Source of the DNA: Octopus bimaculoides
Lineage: Eukaryota
DNA length: 64,000 bases
Direction: 5' to 3'
NCBI RefSeq assembly: GCF_001194135.2
Contig: NC_068993.1
Span: forward strand, 18,939,968 to 19,003,967
The translations under genes were made by a program, and so were the position numbers. Each line of letters opens with the position of its first letter. Position 1 is the first letter of the stretch. Below, one piece after another: positions 37,393 to 51,239 of the stretch. The notes under the pieces were generated by a model that saw only the letters and a program-made list of their open reading frames with translations, did no database searches and had not been told where the DNA came from.

Positions 37393-37945
37393 AGATTCAA
37401 TAATAACAGCAATAACAACAAGAAAAAACAAGAACGATAGCAACTGCAGTGAGGCAACAGTTCGGTCACTGCAACAGATTTATGGTATCAGGTTCAAATA
37501 TCTCCCGCGTAAGCAAACCCTCTTCAGGAATGTCAAGGCTATAAACGGTTTTGTAATTCCAGAGTAGAATGAACATGGCCACAGCAAGACCCCAAATATA
37601 CCTACGTACACATCCAACCGCCCGAGCACACAATGACGCATACACACAGCCATGGTCACACGTACAGCTATCTACACGCGTAGGCGCTCATACCTTCTTG
37701 TTATTTTACGCTCTATACAATCATACCATGATGTTGAATATGATTAGTATAGCTGGAATATATTAGGGCACGCACCCCACTTAGCTTTGTATTTATTGCC
37801 CTGAGTGTTGAGGAAGTGCGTCGATTGCATTACACAATTCGGCCAACTGTCTTGTTTAATAAAGACAATCGGTTTACTAAAACGTGTGTATGTTTTATAA
37901 AGATTAGAGTACCAACATTTTCTGTGTTTATTATTTCTATAACGT

Positions 37946-38162
37946 GGAAGGCGGTGAGCTGGTAGAATCGTTAGCGCACTGGGCAAAATGTTTGGCAATA
38001 TTTCGCCCGTCGCTACGTTCTTAGTTCAAATTCCGCTAAGGTCGACTTTGCCTTTCATCCTTTCGGATTCGATAAAATAAGTACCAGTTAAACACTGGTG
38101 TCTATGTAATCGATTCATACCTTCGAACCAAATTGCTTCCCTTGTGGCAAAATTTGAAGCCA
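37946..38162 (+). mobile_element. SINE family C
   Basis: GAAGGCGGTGAGCTGGTAGAATCGTTAG...GTCGACTTTGCCTTTCATCCTTTCGG. Confidence 0.85.
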
Positions 38163-38284
38163 TTATTTCTATAACGTGGTTCAAATTTCGCAACACTAAC
38201 TTCAAACTAGATACAAGAGTACAGTCCGGAGATTTCTACTGAGCGTAAACATTTTTTTTATGTGCCTCAACTACCAGCATGCAA

Positions 38285-38324
<40 letters not shown>

Positions 38325-38508
38325 GTGTCTGTCTGTTTGTCACTATGTATGTATTAATGTGTGCACGCGCACACTTGAACAATATACCTATAAAGCATAT
38401 ATATTTAATATATGTAAACACATGCACAAAACGTGCACATATCTAGCATTTATATAACATATGTATAAATATACAGATTCGTATGTGTGTGTATGTGTGT
38501 GTGTATGC

Positions 38509-38547
<39 letters not shown>

Positions 38548-38990
38548 CACACGCATATAAAGGACAAAATATCTTCGTCTAATGCACTAGCATAATGAAG
38601 TCAAGTTTGTGATGATAATTATCCATCAGGTCCTAATTCAATTGACGGTGTAAGGTGGTGGAAATGTAAATTATAGCATTCACGCTTTCCTCAGCATTCG
38701 CCGAGTAATTGAAATAAATGTAGCAGGTGTTCGAAAATTGCTTTGCACTCTTACATGAACGGGAATTTAACACATTCACTGCACACATAGATATAGGTGC
38801 ACGTCTGACATCTATTTTAAAACTACGAAACTCAGTGAGTCGTTGGGAATGTTGACAGAAACGATTACAACATAATTTAAACAGTTTTGTATATGTTTTC
38901 AATTTTTAACATTGCTTTCTTTTACACTTACTATCTGAATGTAGTACTTTGATGTAGTCTAAGGGATTTCCATTTGTGAAAGTTAACCAT

Positions 38991-39397
38991 GCGCAGGAGT
39001 GGCTGTGTGGTAAGTAGCTTGTTTACCAGCCACATGGTTCCGAGTTCAGTCCCACTGTGTGGCAAGTGTCTTCTACTGTAGCCTCGGGCCGACCAAAGCC
39101 TTGTGAGTGGATTTGGTAGACGGAAACTGAAAAAAGCCCGTCGTATATATGCATATATATATATATATGTGATGTGTGTGTGTATGTTTGTGTGTCTGTG
39201 TTTGTCCTCCTAGCATTGTTTGACAACCGATGCTGGTGTGTTTATGTCCCTGTCAACTAGCGGTTCGGCAAAAAGAGATCGATAGAATAAGTACTAGGCT
39301 TACAAAGAATAAGTCCTGGGGTCGATTTGCTCGACTAAAGGCGGTGCTCCAGCATGGCCACAGTCAAATGACTGAAACAAGTAAAAGAGTAAAAGAG
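38991..39397 (+). mobile_element. SINE family B
   Basis: Full-length match to the copy at 6173. Confidence 0.9.
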
Positions 39398-39566
39398 TAT
39401 GCATTTGTACATACCTGCCCAAATCTGAGTAATACTTTTTGAGAAACACTGACTGTTGGCCATGCATGCTAGCCTGTCTCTAGTACACCATCAATGTTTA
39501 TTGTAGGGGATGTGTCGCCGAAATGTGCCACTCAACTCGGCGATTATACTGTCTGACATCCGTGTA

Positions 39567-39963
39567 TCTTTTATCTTTTATCTCTTTCAGTCATTGGACT
39601 GCGGTTATGCTGGGGCACCGCCTTCAAGAACTTTTAGTCAAATGAATCGATTACAGGAGTTATTTGTGTTCTTTAAGCTTGGTATTCATTATATTAGTCA
39701 CTTTTTGACGAGCTGCTAAGTTACGGGGGCGTAAACAAACCAACCACGGTTGTCAAGCGGTGGTGGAGGACAAAGACAGACAGAGAAACGCATACATACA
39801 TCGGTCTTCTTTCAGTTTCCGTCTACCAAATCCACTCACAAGGTATAGGTCGGCCTGAGGCCACACTAGAAGCCACATACTCAAGGTGCTATGCTGTGGG
39901 ACTAAACCCGGAACCATGTGGTTGGGAAGGAAGCTTCTTACCAGACAGCCACGTCTGAGCCTG
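39567..39963 (-). mobile_element. SINE family B, diverged
   Basis: Reverse-complement match to family B, with a short internal repeat. Confidence 0.8.
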
Positions 39964-40187
39964 TGTGGAAAAATAATAACTGTTAATTCATTCATAATGT
40001 GACATTAAATAACGTGTAGTCGAAGGCGCTGACATCTGAACACAAAGACCCGGGACACATACCAAAAAGACTCATTTCTGACCCTTTTACAATTCGAAGA
40101 AGAATTTAAAACACAGTTGGTCCAGGTGAGATTTGAGCACAGCGCAGAGAATTTGGATAAATAGCGTAAAACATTCTATCCATCTCT

Positions 40188-40571
40188 GTTGTTGTTGGCA
40201 CTCCGTCGCTTACGGTGTCGAGGGTTCCAGTTGATCCGATCAACGGAACAGCCTGCTCGTGAAATTAACGTGCAAGTGGCAGAGCACTCCACAGACACGT
40301 GTACCCTTAACGTAGTTCTCGGGGATATTCAGCGTGACACAGCATGACAAGGCTGACCCTTTGAATTACAGGCACAACAGAAACAGGAAGTAAGAGTGAG
40401 AGAAAGTTGTGGTGAAAGAGTACAGCAGGGTTCGTACCACCACCCGCCGAAGCCTCGTGGAGCTTTAGGTGTTTTCGCTCAATAAACACTCACAACGCCG
40501 GGTCTGGGAATCGAAACCGCGATCCTATGACCGCGAGTCCGCTGCCCTAACCACTGGCCATTGCGCCTCCA
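40188..40571 (-). mobile_element. SINE family A, with 12-bp TSD
   Basis: TSD CTATCCATCTCT at 40176-40187 and 40572-40583. Confidence 0.9.
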
Positions 40572-40994
40572 CTATCCATCTCTATAACGGCTTTATTAAT
40601 TCGCCTCCTTAAACTTATTCTCAATATTTGATGTTTCGAAGCTGGCATGCTATTGCCAAATACATGGCTTTTATGTTCAAAAGAAAATACGAAGCATCAA
40701 AACATCAAACACAAAGAGAATACAATGAAGAAAATATTATATGAAGGTTAGAACATCAAATCTCGAATAAGACTGATGCATATTTGAAAATACGGATCTT
40801 GACATTTCATATATAAGGAATAATAAAAGATGTAAAAACCGAATATTACTGAAACTACAAGAATTGGACTTCAGCCATGTTTACAAAATTATATGAGCAT
40901 ACTCAACACACAATACACACCTCACTCGTTATTTCTGTGTATGTATGTATGTATGTATGTATGTATGTATGTATGTATGTATGTATGTATGTGC

Positions 40995-41027
<33 letters not shown>

Positions 41028-41107
41028 NNNNNNNNNNNNNNNNNNNNNNNNNNNNNNNNNNNNNNNNNNNNNNNNNNNNNNNNNNNNNNNNNNNNNNNNN
41101 NNNNNNN

Positions 41108-41159
<52 letters not shown>

Positions 41160-41518
41160 GTATATATTTGTATATGCTTATCTATCTATAATATATCTTT
41201 CATGCACAAAGTACAGCTGAGAACCTGCTAGTTTTAAGGGTATCCCGAAAATCTTAGTTGGGAGCCCAACCTTCCGAGTTCTTTTACAGGGTTCAGAAAA
41301 ACCGAAAGACTGCAATACAACAAAACCCAGTTCTCAAGTGGTACTTATTTTCACTACTCCGAAAGGATGACATGCCAAATGCCATGTCAACCTCAACGGA
41401 ATTCGAACATGAAAACGGAGGAAATGCCGCAAAGCATTTTGCTCGGCGTGCAAGCAATTCTGCCAGTACTCTGCCCTATTTCTGTTAGATATTAAGATAT
41501 TAATAAAAAAAATACACA

Positions 41519-41681
41519 GGCGTAGGAGTGGCTGTGTGGTAAGTAGCTTGCTTACGAACCACATGGTTCCGGGTTCAGTTCCACTGCGTGGAACTTTGGG
41601 CAATTATCTTCTACTATAGCCTCGGGCCGACCAAAGCCTTGTGAGTGGATCTGGTAAATGGAAACTGAAGGAAGTCCGTCG

Positions 41682-41722
<41 letters not shown>

Positions 41723-41728
41723 TTGTGC

Positions 41729-41763
<35 letters not shown>

Positions 41764-41974
41764 TGTGTCTGTGTTTGTCCCCCAACATCGCTTGAAAACC
41801 AATGCAGTTGTGCTTACGTCCCCGTAATTTAGCGGTTCGGCTAAAGAGGCCGATAGAATAAGTACTTGGCTTACAAACAATAAGTCCTGGGCTCGATTTG
41901 CTCGACTAATCGCGGTGCTCCAGCATGGCCGCAGTCAAATGACCGTAACAAATAAAAGAGTAAAGAGTAAAGAG
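41519..41974 (+). mobile_element. SINE family B with expanded (TA)n(TG)n
   Basis: Full-length match to family B. Confidence 0.9.
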
Positions 41975-42213
41975 TATAAGCACATAGGTAGAATGAGAAA
42001 TTCCAATGTGAGCAATTAACAGAGGATGACCTCAAAATGGTGAAGTAGGTTGCAATAATATTTACTCAGAGATATAGAGAGAATCGTTACTGAAATTATA
42101 CTCTTACACTTCCTCAAGGCTATTACATACGTTAGAGTATGTGTCTGTGCTTCTAGCGCTTACTTGGTTGCGTGTATGTATGTATGTATGTATGTATGTA
42201 CGTACCTACCTAC

Positions 42214-42253
<40 letters not shown>

Positions 42254-43130
42254 TATCGGATGTGTGCGTCTAGACGTGTGTAAGTTTGCTTAACTATAAT
42301 GCTTATGTCTGTGTGTGTTATTGTAAGTAACATAAGTAGCAATGCATAATTGATAAACATAAATACTAAAGGAAATCCGACAAGATGCTAGCGTCGTCAG
42401 TTGATGGTTACCTATATGACCGGTAGTTAGGCATGCATAAAGGAAACTGCTTCTTACAGGAGGCGGCTGAACACATAGTCCCTGTAGCGGCCTTAATACG
42501 TACCCCGACGTATCTTTATATCAGATTTATCGTTTTATTTAGCATTGCAGTTTCAGCTAATATATATACGCCTCTCAGTGCAGTGCAAATAAGGAAACAC
42601 ATATTTATACACACATGTACATACACACGCAAATACGAAAATATACAAACACACACACGCGTGCACACACACACACACACATACACACACACGCACATAC
42701 ACAACCACCACCCCAATCCCAACCCCTACACACACACTCAGCACTCACAATCACGCTAGAAATACAGGCAAATAAATGCACGCAAGAACGTACATTTATA
42801 TACAATATTGGTAGTAGTCATAGTTGTGTAGTTAAGAAATCCATTTCGAAATCTCATGCTTTCGGGTTCGATTGCATTGTACAGCAACTGTGCATATGTC
42901 GGCAACAGTAATTTCGAGTTGATCTTATGTATGGAAATGAGCAAACAGAAAAGTGTGCAGAAATCCATATCTATATGAACAAACATGAACACACAAAGAT
43001 AACCCACCCACACACATACATTTTCATACACACATACACATATGCACACACAGACATTTGCATGTACATATGAGACTACACAGAATCACATCAATCCATT
43101 CATCCCTCCATCCATCCATCCGTCCATCCG

Positions 43131-43180
<50 letters not shown>

Positions 43181-43183
<3 letters not shown>

Positions 43184-43336
43184 GAGGAGGAGCTGAAAAA
43201 GTTCCTGGATTTAGATAAAAGAAAATAGGAGGATAAGTTAATTATGATTTTATTCAACATACTCCCCTCTCAGGTTCACAGACTTATTGCAGACGTCCTT
43301 CAGTTTTTCTAAGCCCTATAAAAGAATTCGAAAAAT
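43181..43336 (-). mobile_element. Mariner-family transposon 3' end remnant
   Basis: Minus strand reads KLKDVCNKSVNLRGEYVE* (mariner C-terminus WxKCVxxxGxYVE). Ends in a TIR-like TA-TGAGGAGGAGCTGAAAAAGTTCCTGG. Confidence 0.65.
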
Positions 43337-43338
43337 TG

Positions 43339-43421
<83 letters not shown>

Positions 43422-44739
43422 CTGTCTGTCTGTACGCGTGTACGTAAATATATTTACATAATATATATGTGTGTATCTATGTACTACTCCATAAAATAAT
43501 CAGTAACTTAAATATGTTTTGCCGACAAAAGTACCTCGGGGCTGTCTTCAACAAGTCTTCAGTTATTGACGGCAAAGACTCAATGAATAAATGAATACAT
43601 TAGCTTTAATACGATTTTACGACAAAACACAGTGTCTAGTTGCCTTCTGATGTCATTTGGCTCTCAACTCAGTTTCATGTATATGTATGCATATGTGTGT
43701 GTGTGTATGTATGTATGTATGTATGTATGTATTTATGTATGTATATATGTATGTATTTGTGTGCGTGTATGCATGTATGTATGTATGTATGTACGTATGT
43801 ATATATGTATGTATGTATGTATGTATGTACACTTTCTCTATTTACAAGGTTATTACCAGTTCGAAGATGATTGGGGCATATTCGAACCTTAAGAAAGCCA
43901 TTCTCTGTGTTTTATGATGGAGATAATATTTGTGATGGAGAAAATATTTGTGATAGAAACAATATAATTTCTCTGTTGAGAAATGGTGTAAGTACACCTA
44001 GAATCAGTTCAGACTGTGAGAAGAAAGTATTTCGGAGTGGTTATCTCACTTTCACTCACAGAAACTGCGTAGGTTTCAATGCTAGCTGATAAGAGAGACT
44101 GTCTTTCTTCTGATATTCCAGTCATCTTATAATGATTGGTAGTGCTAATCGGCGGCTCACAGTAACATGTCACTGCTCAGCGTTGTCACTTCGTAATTTG
44201 TTTACAGTGAGCTGCAAATTAGGCCTACCAAATTGTTATACGATGAGTGGAATAGCATAAGAGAGACAATCTCTCCTGCCAGCTCGCAGAACACTCTGTG
44301 CAGTTTCTGTGATTGATTGAAGAGGAGATAACTATTCCGAAACGCTTTCTTCTCGTAGTCTGAGTAGGTTGCGCTGCGACCAGATTTTAGGTGTACTTAC
44401 ACTATTTGTCTGCTGCGATAAATTTTCTCCATGACAAAACACAGTGAATAGCTTCTTTACGGGTTCAAATATGTCCCAAGCATATTTGAACTAGTAATAA
44501 CCTTGTATTTATATTCATCACTGCTTAGTGCTGCCCCTCCATAATTACTCTTTTTAATTTTGGATAAATTTTTACCGACCACCTACTTTGTAGCAAGGTT
44601 TTAAAAGAAAGCGTCTTTGTTTTGTTCATCATCTTTTAAATTTTAAGAAAGTCTTGCATATTTTCATAGTCCCACATATCGTGCTCATTTGTAGTGTATG
44701 AACTATAGATTCGCCTTAATTCCCTAATAACCCAAGTTC

Positions 44740-44915
44740 AGTCATATTTTTCTATGTATTCCGTTGCTCCGATAATTACAGGTATGAAGCTGAAAGTGTT
44801 TCTTGAGGACTGGATTTGCAAACCTCTCATCAATCGTTTCATAAATTCCTTCTTTCTTTCGCATTTTTCTAACCACATTGGTGTCCAGACGGCAGCTGAT
44901 TTCTACAACAGGACA
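44740..44915 (-). mobile_element. Restriction-like endonuclease domain remnant of an R4/NeSL-type non-LTR element
   Basis: VVEISCRLDTNVVRKMRKKEGIY...(frameshift) FIPVIIGAT matches the REL pattern I-E-V-S-C-P-x-D-x-N...K-x-x-K-Y...P-I-I-I-G-A. Confidence 0.6.
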
Positions 44916-45220
44916 TTATCTTTGTTTTTTTTTTTGTGATCCTACACAACAGTATCTGATCAGCTGTGTTTTAAATTCGTGGATGCTTTAATCTTTTAAT
45001 TTTTAATTTTTAAGTTTCATCAATATTATTTTTTTACCCATTGGTCTCAGTATAGTCAACTTATTGGCCCTTTAGGTTCTGAAGAGAGATAACTCGAACA
45101 GATCTTAAAGCCGTATCTTTGTCTCAGTCAATATTAGTGACAGAGGGGCTCTTGTGGGCCGCCTGGTCAGAATAAATACGAGATCAGCACTAAGGATGAA
45201 AAATAAACAACTCCTGCTTT

Positions 45221-45317
<97 letters not shown>

Positions 45318-45499
45318 TGAGAAAGAGAGAGAGAGGGAGGGAGAGAGAAAGAGGGGAGAGAGAGGAAGCTAGAGAGAGATATCATACATACGTATCTATG
45401 TGCATGTAATCTATGTTGGTGTCTGTTACTGTATGAGTGCGTGTATGCATAAGTAAATAAAACCTTCAGATACATAGCATCTACAACACAATGAAAATA

Positions 45500-45945
45500 T
45501 AGGTTTCAAATTTTGGCACAAGACCAACTGTTAAGGGGGAGGAGGTAAGCCGATAACTTCAACCCCAGTGTTTAGCTGGTACTTATTATATCGACCTCGA
45601 AAGGATGATAGGCAAAGTCGGCCTCGGCGGAATTTGAACTCAGAAGATAAACACGGTCGAAATGTCGCCAAGCATTTTGCGCGAGCGTGCCAGTGGGTCT
45701 CTGAGCTCACTGCACTACACCTAATGAAAAATTGATTTCAAATTTTGGCACAAGGCTAGCAGTTTCGGAGAAGGAAGTAAACCGATTACATCAACGCCAG
45801 GATTCGACTGGTTCTTATTTTATCGATTCTGAAACGATGAAATGCAAAATCGATCTCAGAGGAATTTGAGGTTAGAACATAAAGACGGACGAAATGCTGC
45901 TAATCATTTTGCCCAGCGTGCTAATGATTCTGCCAGCTCGCCGCC
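45500..45945 (-). mobile_element. Two tandem SINE family C copies
   Basis: Each unit begins (plus strand) TTTCAAATTTTGGCACAAG and ends near GCCAGCTCGCCGCC. Confidence 0.8.
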
Positions 45946-46289
45946 CTACATCCAATGAAAATAGTGATACATTGAAATATATAAAGCAGTAACAACACTC
46001 CCATCAATAAAATTGTGAAATTGACAGTAACTGCTCTAAGCCTTGTTTACTCCAGACGGACTCACACCTAAATCGTTCAAATGGTCTTCCTGAACAATTT
46101 TTGATTGTAAGGTGACAATAACCAATAACTCATATTACTCCCAAGGTAACCATGTAACACATGCTATACTGCATTAATGAAGCTAGTTTTTACCATTACT
46201 TTCTCTCCCCAGAGCTAGAATTTACTTTTCCCCTCGAGCCCCAGGACACATTAGGCCCGTTACCGGGTTTGCCTGGCGATAAAAGTGAC

Positions 46290-46485
46290 TGGTCCAATTT
46301 TGAAGGGAGGGGAAAAGTCAATTAGATCGATTCCCGTCTTTGACTCGGACTTTATTTTATCGACTCTGAAGAGATGAAAAGCAAAGCTGACCGCAACGGG
46401 ATTTCAGCTCAGAACATAAAGAACCAGGAGAAATAACGCTAAGCACTTTATCCTCTATTCTATCTATTCTGCCAGCACGCTGCCT
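46290..46485 (-). mobile_element. SINE family C, degenerate
   Basis: Central-domain and B-box similarity. Confidence 0.6.
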
Positions 46486-46847
46486 TTAGATCTACTTGAC
46501 ATGTGAGAGATTGCAAACTCCATGCACTGTTCAGTTGTGCTCCGCAAAAGCTCCCGTATCTGAAAATTGAAGTTGCTTCATAAACCCAAATTACTGGATG
46601 CGTACATGAAGACTCACTGGTTTTTAACCGTCACACGGAATCACACGTCATCCAGATAATATCCTTTTTATGTAATTTCTATCGCAATATTCCTTTCCCC
46701 TGAACTAGCAAGCTACGGATGATACAATTTCGTCGCGTTTATTCCTCTCTTTATTGATACGAAGAGCTATTTTACCCTATCACTTATCCTCATATATGTA
46801 TGTCCTTATTAAATCACGCACTCACCACACATATTCTAAAAATATCA

Positions 46848-47063
46848 ACGGCGAGCTGGCAGAAACGTTAGCACGCCCGGCGAAATAAATGCTCAGCGGT
46901 ATTCCGTCTGTCTTTACGTTGTGAATTCAATTTCCGCCGAGATCGACTTTGCCTTTCATCCTTTCTGGGTCGATAAATTAAGTACCAGTTGCGTACTGGG
47001 GTCGATCTAATCGAATAGCTCCCTCCCTCCAAATTTCGGGCCTTGTGCCTAGAGTAGAAAAGA
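46848..47063 (+). mobile_element. SINE family C
   Basis: Full-length match with tail GCCTTGTGCCTAGAGTAGAAAAGA. Confidence 0.9.
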
Positions 47064-47404
47064 AAGGTATCAGCTGAAGGAATTGAAGATGGCTAGACTT
47101 AGACTACGGGCATTAATTACTCTGTGTAACACGAATTTTATCCTTGGGTAGAAAATGTTATTTCGTATTTGCTTCCAGACTGTATGAAAAATGGTTAATA
47201 TTTGCTTAAAACTTCGTTTTTATTACATTTATTAAAATCCCAAAGAATCCCTCTCAATACATGGCAATGGTGCTTCTCCACTGCTACTGCACGTGATCAG
47301 AGATGCACTTATTGTCAGTCATTAAGGAACATGCATAAATGGTTAACACTATTACACAGCGTTATTTGTGTGCTCAGACTAGTATGAACAATGAAACAAC
47401 TTAC

Positions 47405-47571
47405 GCTAAATTGTCGTCCACGCAAATAGTAAATGTATGGTCGCAGTCACCGCAGGGTAACAGCCAGAATCGAGGAGCGCAGCAGGTCTTATTGTGCAGG
47501 TAACCACGTGGATTACTGAAATTAACGAGCTTCACTTCTAAAATCCCCAGGCAATTGGCCCAACATGGAAG
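47405..47571 (-). CDS. Internal exon of a Delta/Serrate-like Notch-ligand gene; first half of the N-terminal C2 (MNNL) domain
   Basis: Acceptor tttgtttgttttgcAG ends at 47572 and donor GTAAGT starts at 47404. The 167 nt read LPCWANCLGILEVKLVNFSNPRGYLHNKTCCAPRFWLLPCGDCDHTFTICVDDNL+GC (phase 0 in, phase 2 out). This matches the DSL-ligand pattern G-x-F/L-E-L-K-L-x-x-F-x-N-x-x-G-x-L-x-N-x-x-CC...C...C-x-T-x-F-x-x-C. Confidence 0.85.
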
Positions 47572-48774
47572 CTGCAAAACAAACAAACGTATATTTTGAA
47601 TTACCGATTGCAAACACGATTATGCATCTATCTGTCTGTCTGTCTGTCTGTCTGTCTGTTTCTCTCTCTCTCTCTCTCTTTTTCTCTACTTATAAGCACA
47701 CACACAATTCGCACACATGCAATGTATATGAATATGTATATGTATATGTATATATGTATTTGTATATANNNNNNNNNNNNNNNNNNNNNNNNNNNNNNNN
47801 NNNNNNNNNNNNNNNNNNNNNNNNNNNNNNNNNNNNNNNNNNNNNNNNNNNNNNNNNNNNNNNNNNNNNNNNNNNNNNNNNNNNNNNNNNNNNNNNNNNN
47901 NNNNNNNNNNNNNNNNNNNNNNNNNNNNNNNNNNNNNNNNNNNNNNNNNNNNNNNNNNNNNNNNNNNNNNNNNNNNNNNNNNNNNNNNNNNNNNNNNNNN
48001 NNNNNNNNNNNNNNNNNNNNNNNNNNNNNNNNNNNNNNNNNNNNNNNNNNNNNNNNNNNNNNNNNNNNNNNNNNNNNNNNNNNNNNNNNNNNNNNNNNNN
48101 NNNNNNNNNNNNNNNNNNNNNNNNNNNNNNNNNNNNNNNNNNNNNNNNNNNNNNNNNNNNNNNNNNNNNNNNNNNNNNNNNNNNNNNNNNNNNNNNNNNN
48201 NNNNNNNNNNNNNNNNNNNNNNNNNNNNNNNNNNNNNNNNNNNNNNNNNNNNNNNNNNNNNNNNNNNNNNNNNNNNNNNNNNNNNNNNNNNNNNNNNNNN
48301 NNNNNNNNNNNNNNNNNNNNNNNNNNNNNNNNNNNNNNNNNNNNNNNNNNNNNNNNNNNNNNNNNNNNNNNNNNNNNNNNNNNNNNNNNNNNNNNNNNNN
48401 NNNNNNNNNNNNNNNNNNNNNNNNNNNNNNNNNNNNNNNNNNNNNNNNNNNNNNNNNNNNNNNNNNNNNNNNNNNNNNNNNNNNNNNNNNNNNNNNNNNN
48501 NNNNNNNNNNNNNNNNNNNNNNNNNNNNNNNNNNNNNNNNNNNNNNNNNNNNNNNNNNNNNNNNNNNTATATATATATACATATACATGCATACATACAT
48601 GTATGTATTTTTCTTTCTCATATAGAGTCTATCAGCTGAAGATGTATCTTTTGCAAAGATGTTTTGGGATGACTTAATGTAAGCGAAGTTGAATCCTACT
48701 TTAGAGTTTAAATAATATAAACTGACATAATCAAATTGTACACGCGAGGATTACACTAGGAAATGCAAATATTT

Positions 48775-49555
48775 GTTTTAAATTTTGGTACAAGGCTATG
48801 AATTTCTGGGTAAACCAATTACACCGAACCCAGTGCTCAATGGTACATATTTTATCAACTCCACAACAGGAGGAAAGGCAAAGTAGACTCCTGGTGGCAT
48901 TTGAACTCAGGACACAAAGTCAGAAGAAATGCTGTTAAGCATTTTGTCGCACACGGTAACGGTTCTGCCAACTCGTCGCCTTGGAGTGTGCAAATATTGG
49001 TTTTAAATTTTGGTACATGGCCAGAAGGAACGGCGAATATTGGTTTCAAATTTTTGTATAAGGACAGTAATTTCTTGGGAGGATATAAATCGATTACAGT
49101 GTTCAACTGGTACATGTATTATCGACCCCGAAAGAATGAAAAGCAAATGCGACTCTGGTGGAATTTGAACCCAGAAAGTAAAGACAGACGAAATACCGCT
49201 AAGTATTTTGCGCTCACAAAGTAGAGACCGATGAAATACTACTAAGTATTTTAGCCTCAGAAAGTAAAGAAGGACGAAATACCGGTAGGTGTTTTGACCT
49301 CAGAACGTAAAGACGGACGAAAATCTAGCAGACGATATTTATATCGCTGCCCTGGTGCAAATATTGGTTACAAACTTTGTCACAAGACCCAGGAATTGTG
49401 GGGAAAGGTGCATGTCAATAACATCGATCCCAGTGCTCAACTGGTACTTATTTATCAACGCCGAAGGAATGAAATGTAAGGTTAACCTTCACAGAATTTG
49501 AACTCAGAACGTAAAAACGGATGTAAAGCTAGTAGACGATATTTATACCACCACC
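48775..49555 (-). mobile_element. Head-to-tail cluster of partial SINE family C units
   Basis: Repeated units start AAATATTGGTT..AAA.TTTG, with repeated CTCAGAA.GTAAAGAC.GACGAAAT sub-blocks. Confidence 0.75.
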
Positions 49556-51239
49556 TTAGTGCAAATATCATTATCAATATTGTTGTTCTATCAATTGGAC
49601 AACTAGATAATCTGCTTGAGATGCGACCGTGTGGTTAAGAAATAAGCTACCGCATCACGACGTACCAACTTCAATCTCATTATGTGACTATTTGGACAGG
49701 CGCCATTTGCTATAATAACGGATCGATCCATGTTTTTCTGAATGTAATTGAGTTGACAGAATCTGTATGGATTCCATCCGTAATCCGATGGATCAGATTT
49801 GTCTCACTGTGACCAGTTTATTCTTCCTGAAAAGTACTATAAGGAAGCACTTGTTTGTAGAATACCCAAGCGCTTAAACACTAATTCGATGAGTTTGGTG
49901 GTTCAGTTGATTGATGGGTTGAAATCTTGTAGTTGGGAATTGTGCCCGAGATCCATGTACGTACACACGCACACGAGAAACACACACATACACACACATA
50001 CACAACACTCACACACAAACGCGCGCACATACACACACATGCTCGCGCACACACGCACACACGACGAACGGCAGAGCTGCCTCTTTTACACAAGTCATTG
50101 GTCTGCATGTTGCTATCGTAGAAGATATTTGCACAAGATGACACGTAGTGCGACTAAATACAAGACTACGTATAAGTGAATAAAACTTATTTACCACACA
50201 GCCAAAGCTGCGCCTATCTATGAAGATATTTATAAAAAAAATTCACTAATGTAGAGATTTCTTTATGAAAATGTGGTTGCTATGTAGTAGCTTTATAGAT
50301 AACAATAAGCTTATGAACGGGTTTTAATCGTTGTTAAAATGAAAATAATGGAATAGAGATGATTAGATGTAGCAAGTTGAAGTGAATTAAACTCTGATAA
50401 AGAGTGGAGTGATATAGCTTTCAATTTATTTGTAATTTGTTACTAGGAGATGGCTGCTGTGTAAGTGAAAAAGATATACAGTTCGTTTAGACATCAACCA
50501 TTATAAAATATAGTAAGACATTTAGTCTAGCTTGTATGATAAAATGTTTCAAGAAATTATTAAGAGGATATAAATATCGTCTACTATTTTTTCGAAGATA
50601 ACAGTTTTTAAGATTGTTTGATTTCGTACATTGAGCAGGAGAGACAGAACAAATTTAAATCACAAAAAGAAATACTATGAAATGAAATAAAAAAAAAAGA
50701 GGCAAAAGATAATATAATAAATGAATACATTAGATGTACGTTGTGGTGTGCATTACCGTAAACGTTTATTTACAAATGGTCTTATTTAAATATTGTTATA
50801 AACCACAGGAAAAGCATTGGGACGCTAAAATGCGGCAACAGAGTAATGTAATTAGATACTGTCAAAAATACTAGAAGAGTACAATAAAATAGTGAAATAT
50901 ATCCATGTATTTTCGTTGTTAGTCGAATGGTCAGAAAAGATGGTTGGACTAGAAGAGAGTTAATTTCCAGTGACAGAATTAGCAAAAGAAAAAACAATTT
51001 AGAAATGCTTAAGTGTTTCCCAAGCTTTTGTGTCGACAAATCTTGACTGATGCTTAGTAAGAGACTGCATCCATTATTTTGTAGGTAGTAATTTAGGTAG
51101 AATATATAACTGTCTCTGTAAGGTTTCTCTATACAAAATACAAAACGTGGAAGCACAAGTATTCTGTTCTGTTCAAACATGAAGTGGGGCCAGGCACGTC
51201 AGTCAGGCAGTAGTAGATGACGGATACGATGTAGGCATT

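Noticed and set aside
44014-44021. Isolated CSL/Su(H)-like TGTGAGAA site in a Notch-ligand intron
   Set aside because: A single 8-mer next to decayed retroelement sequence, expected by chance in 64 kb; no paired site.
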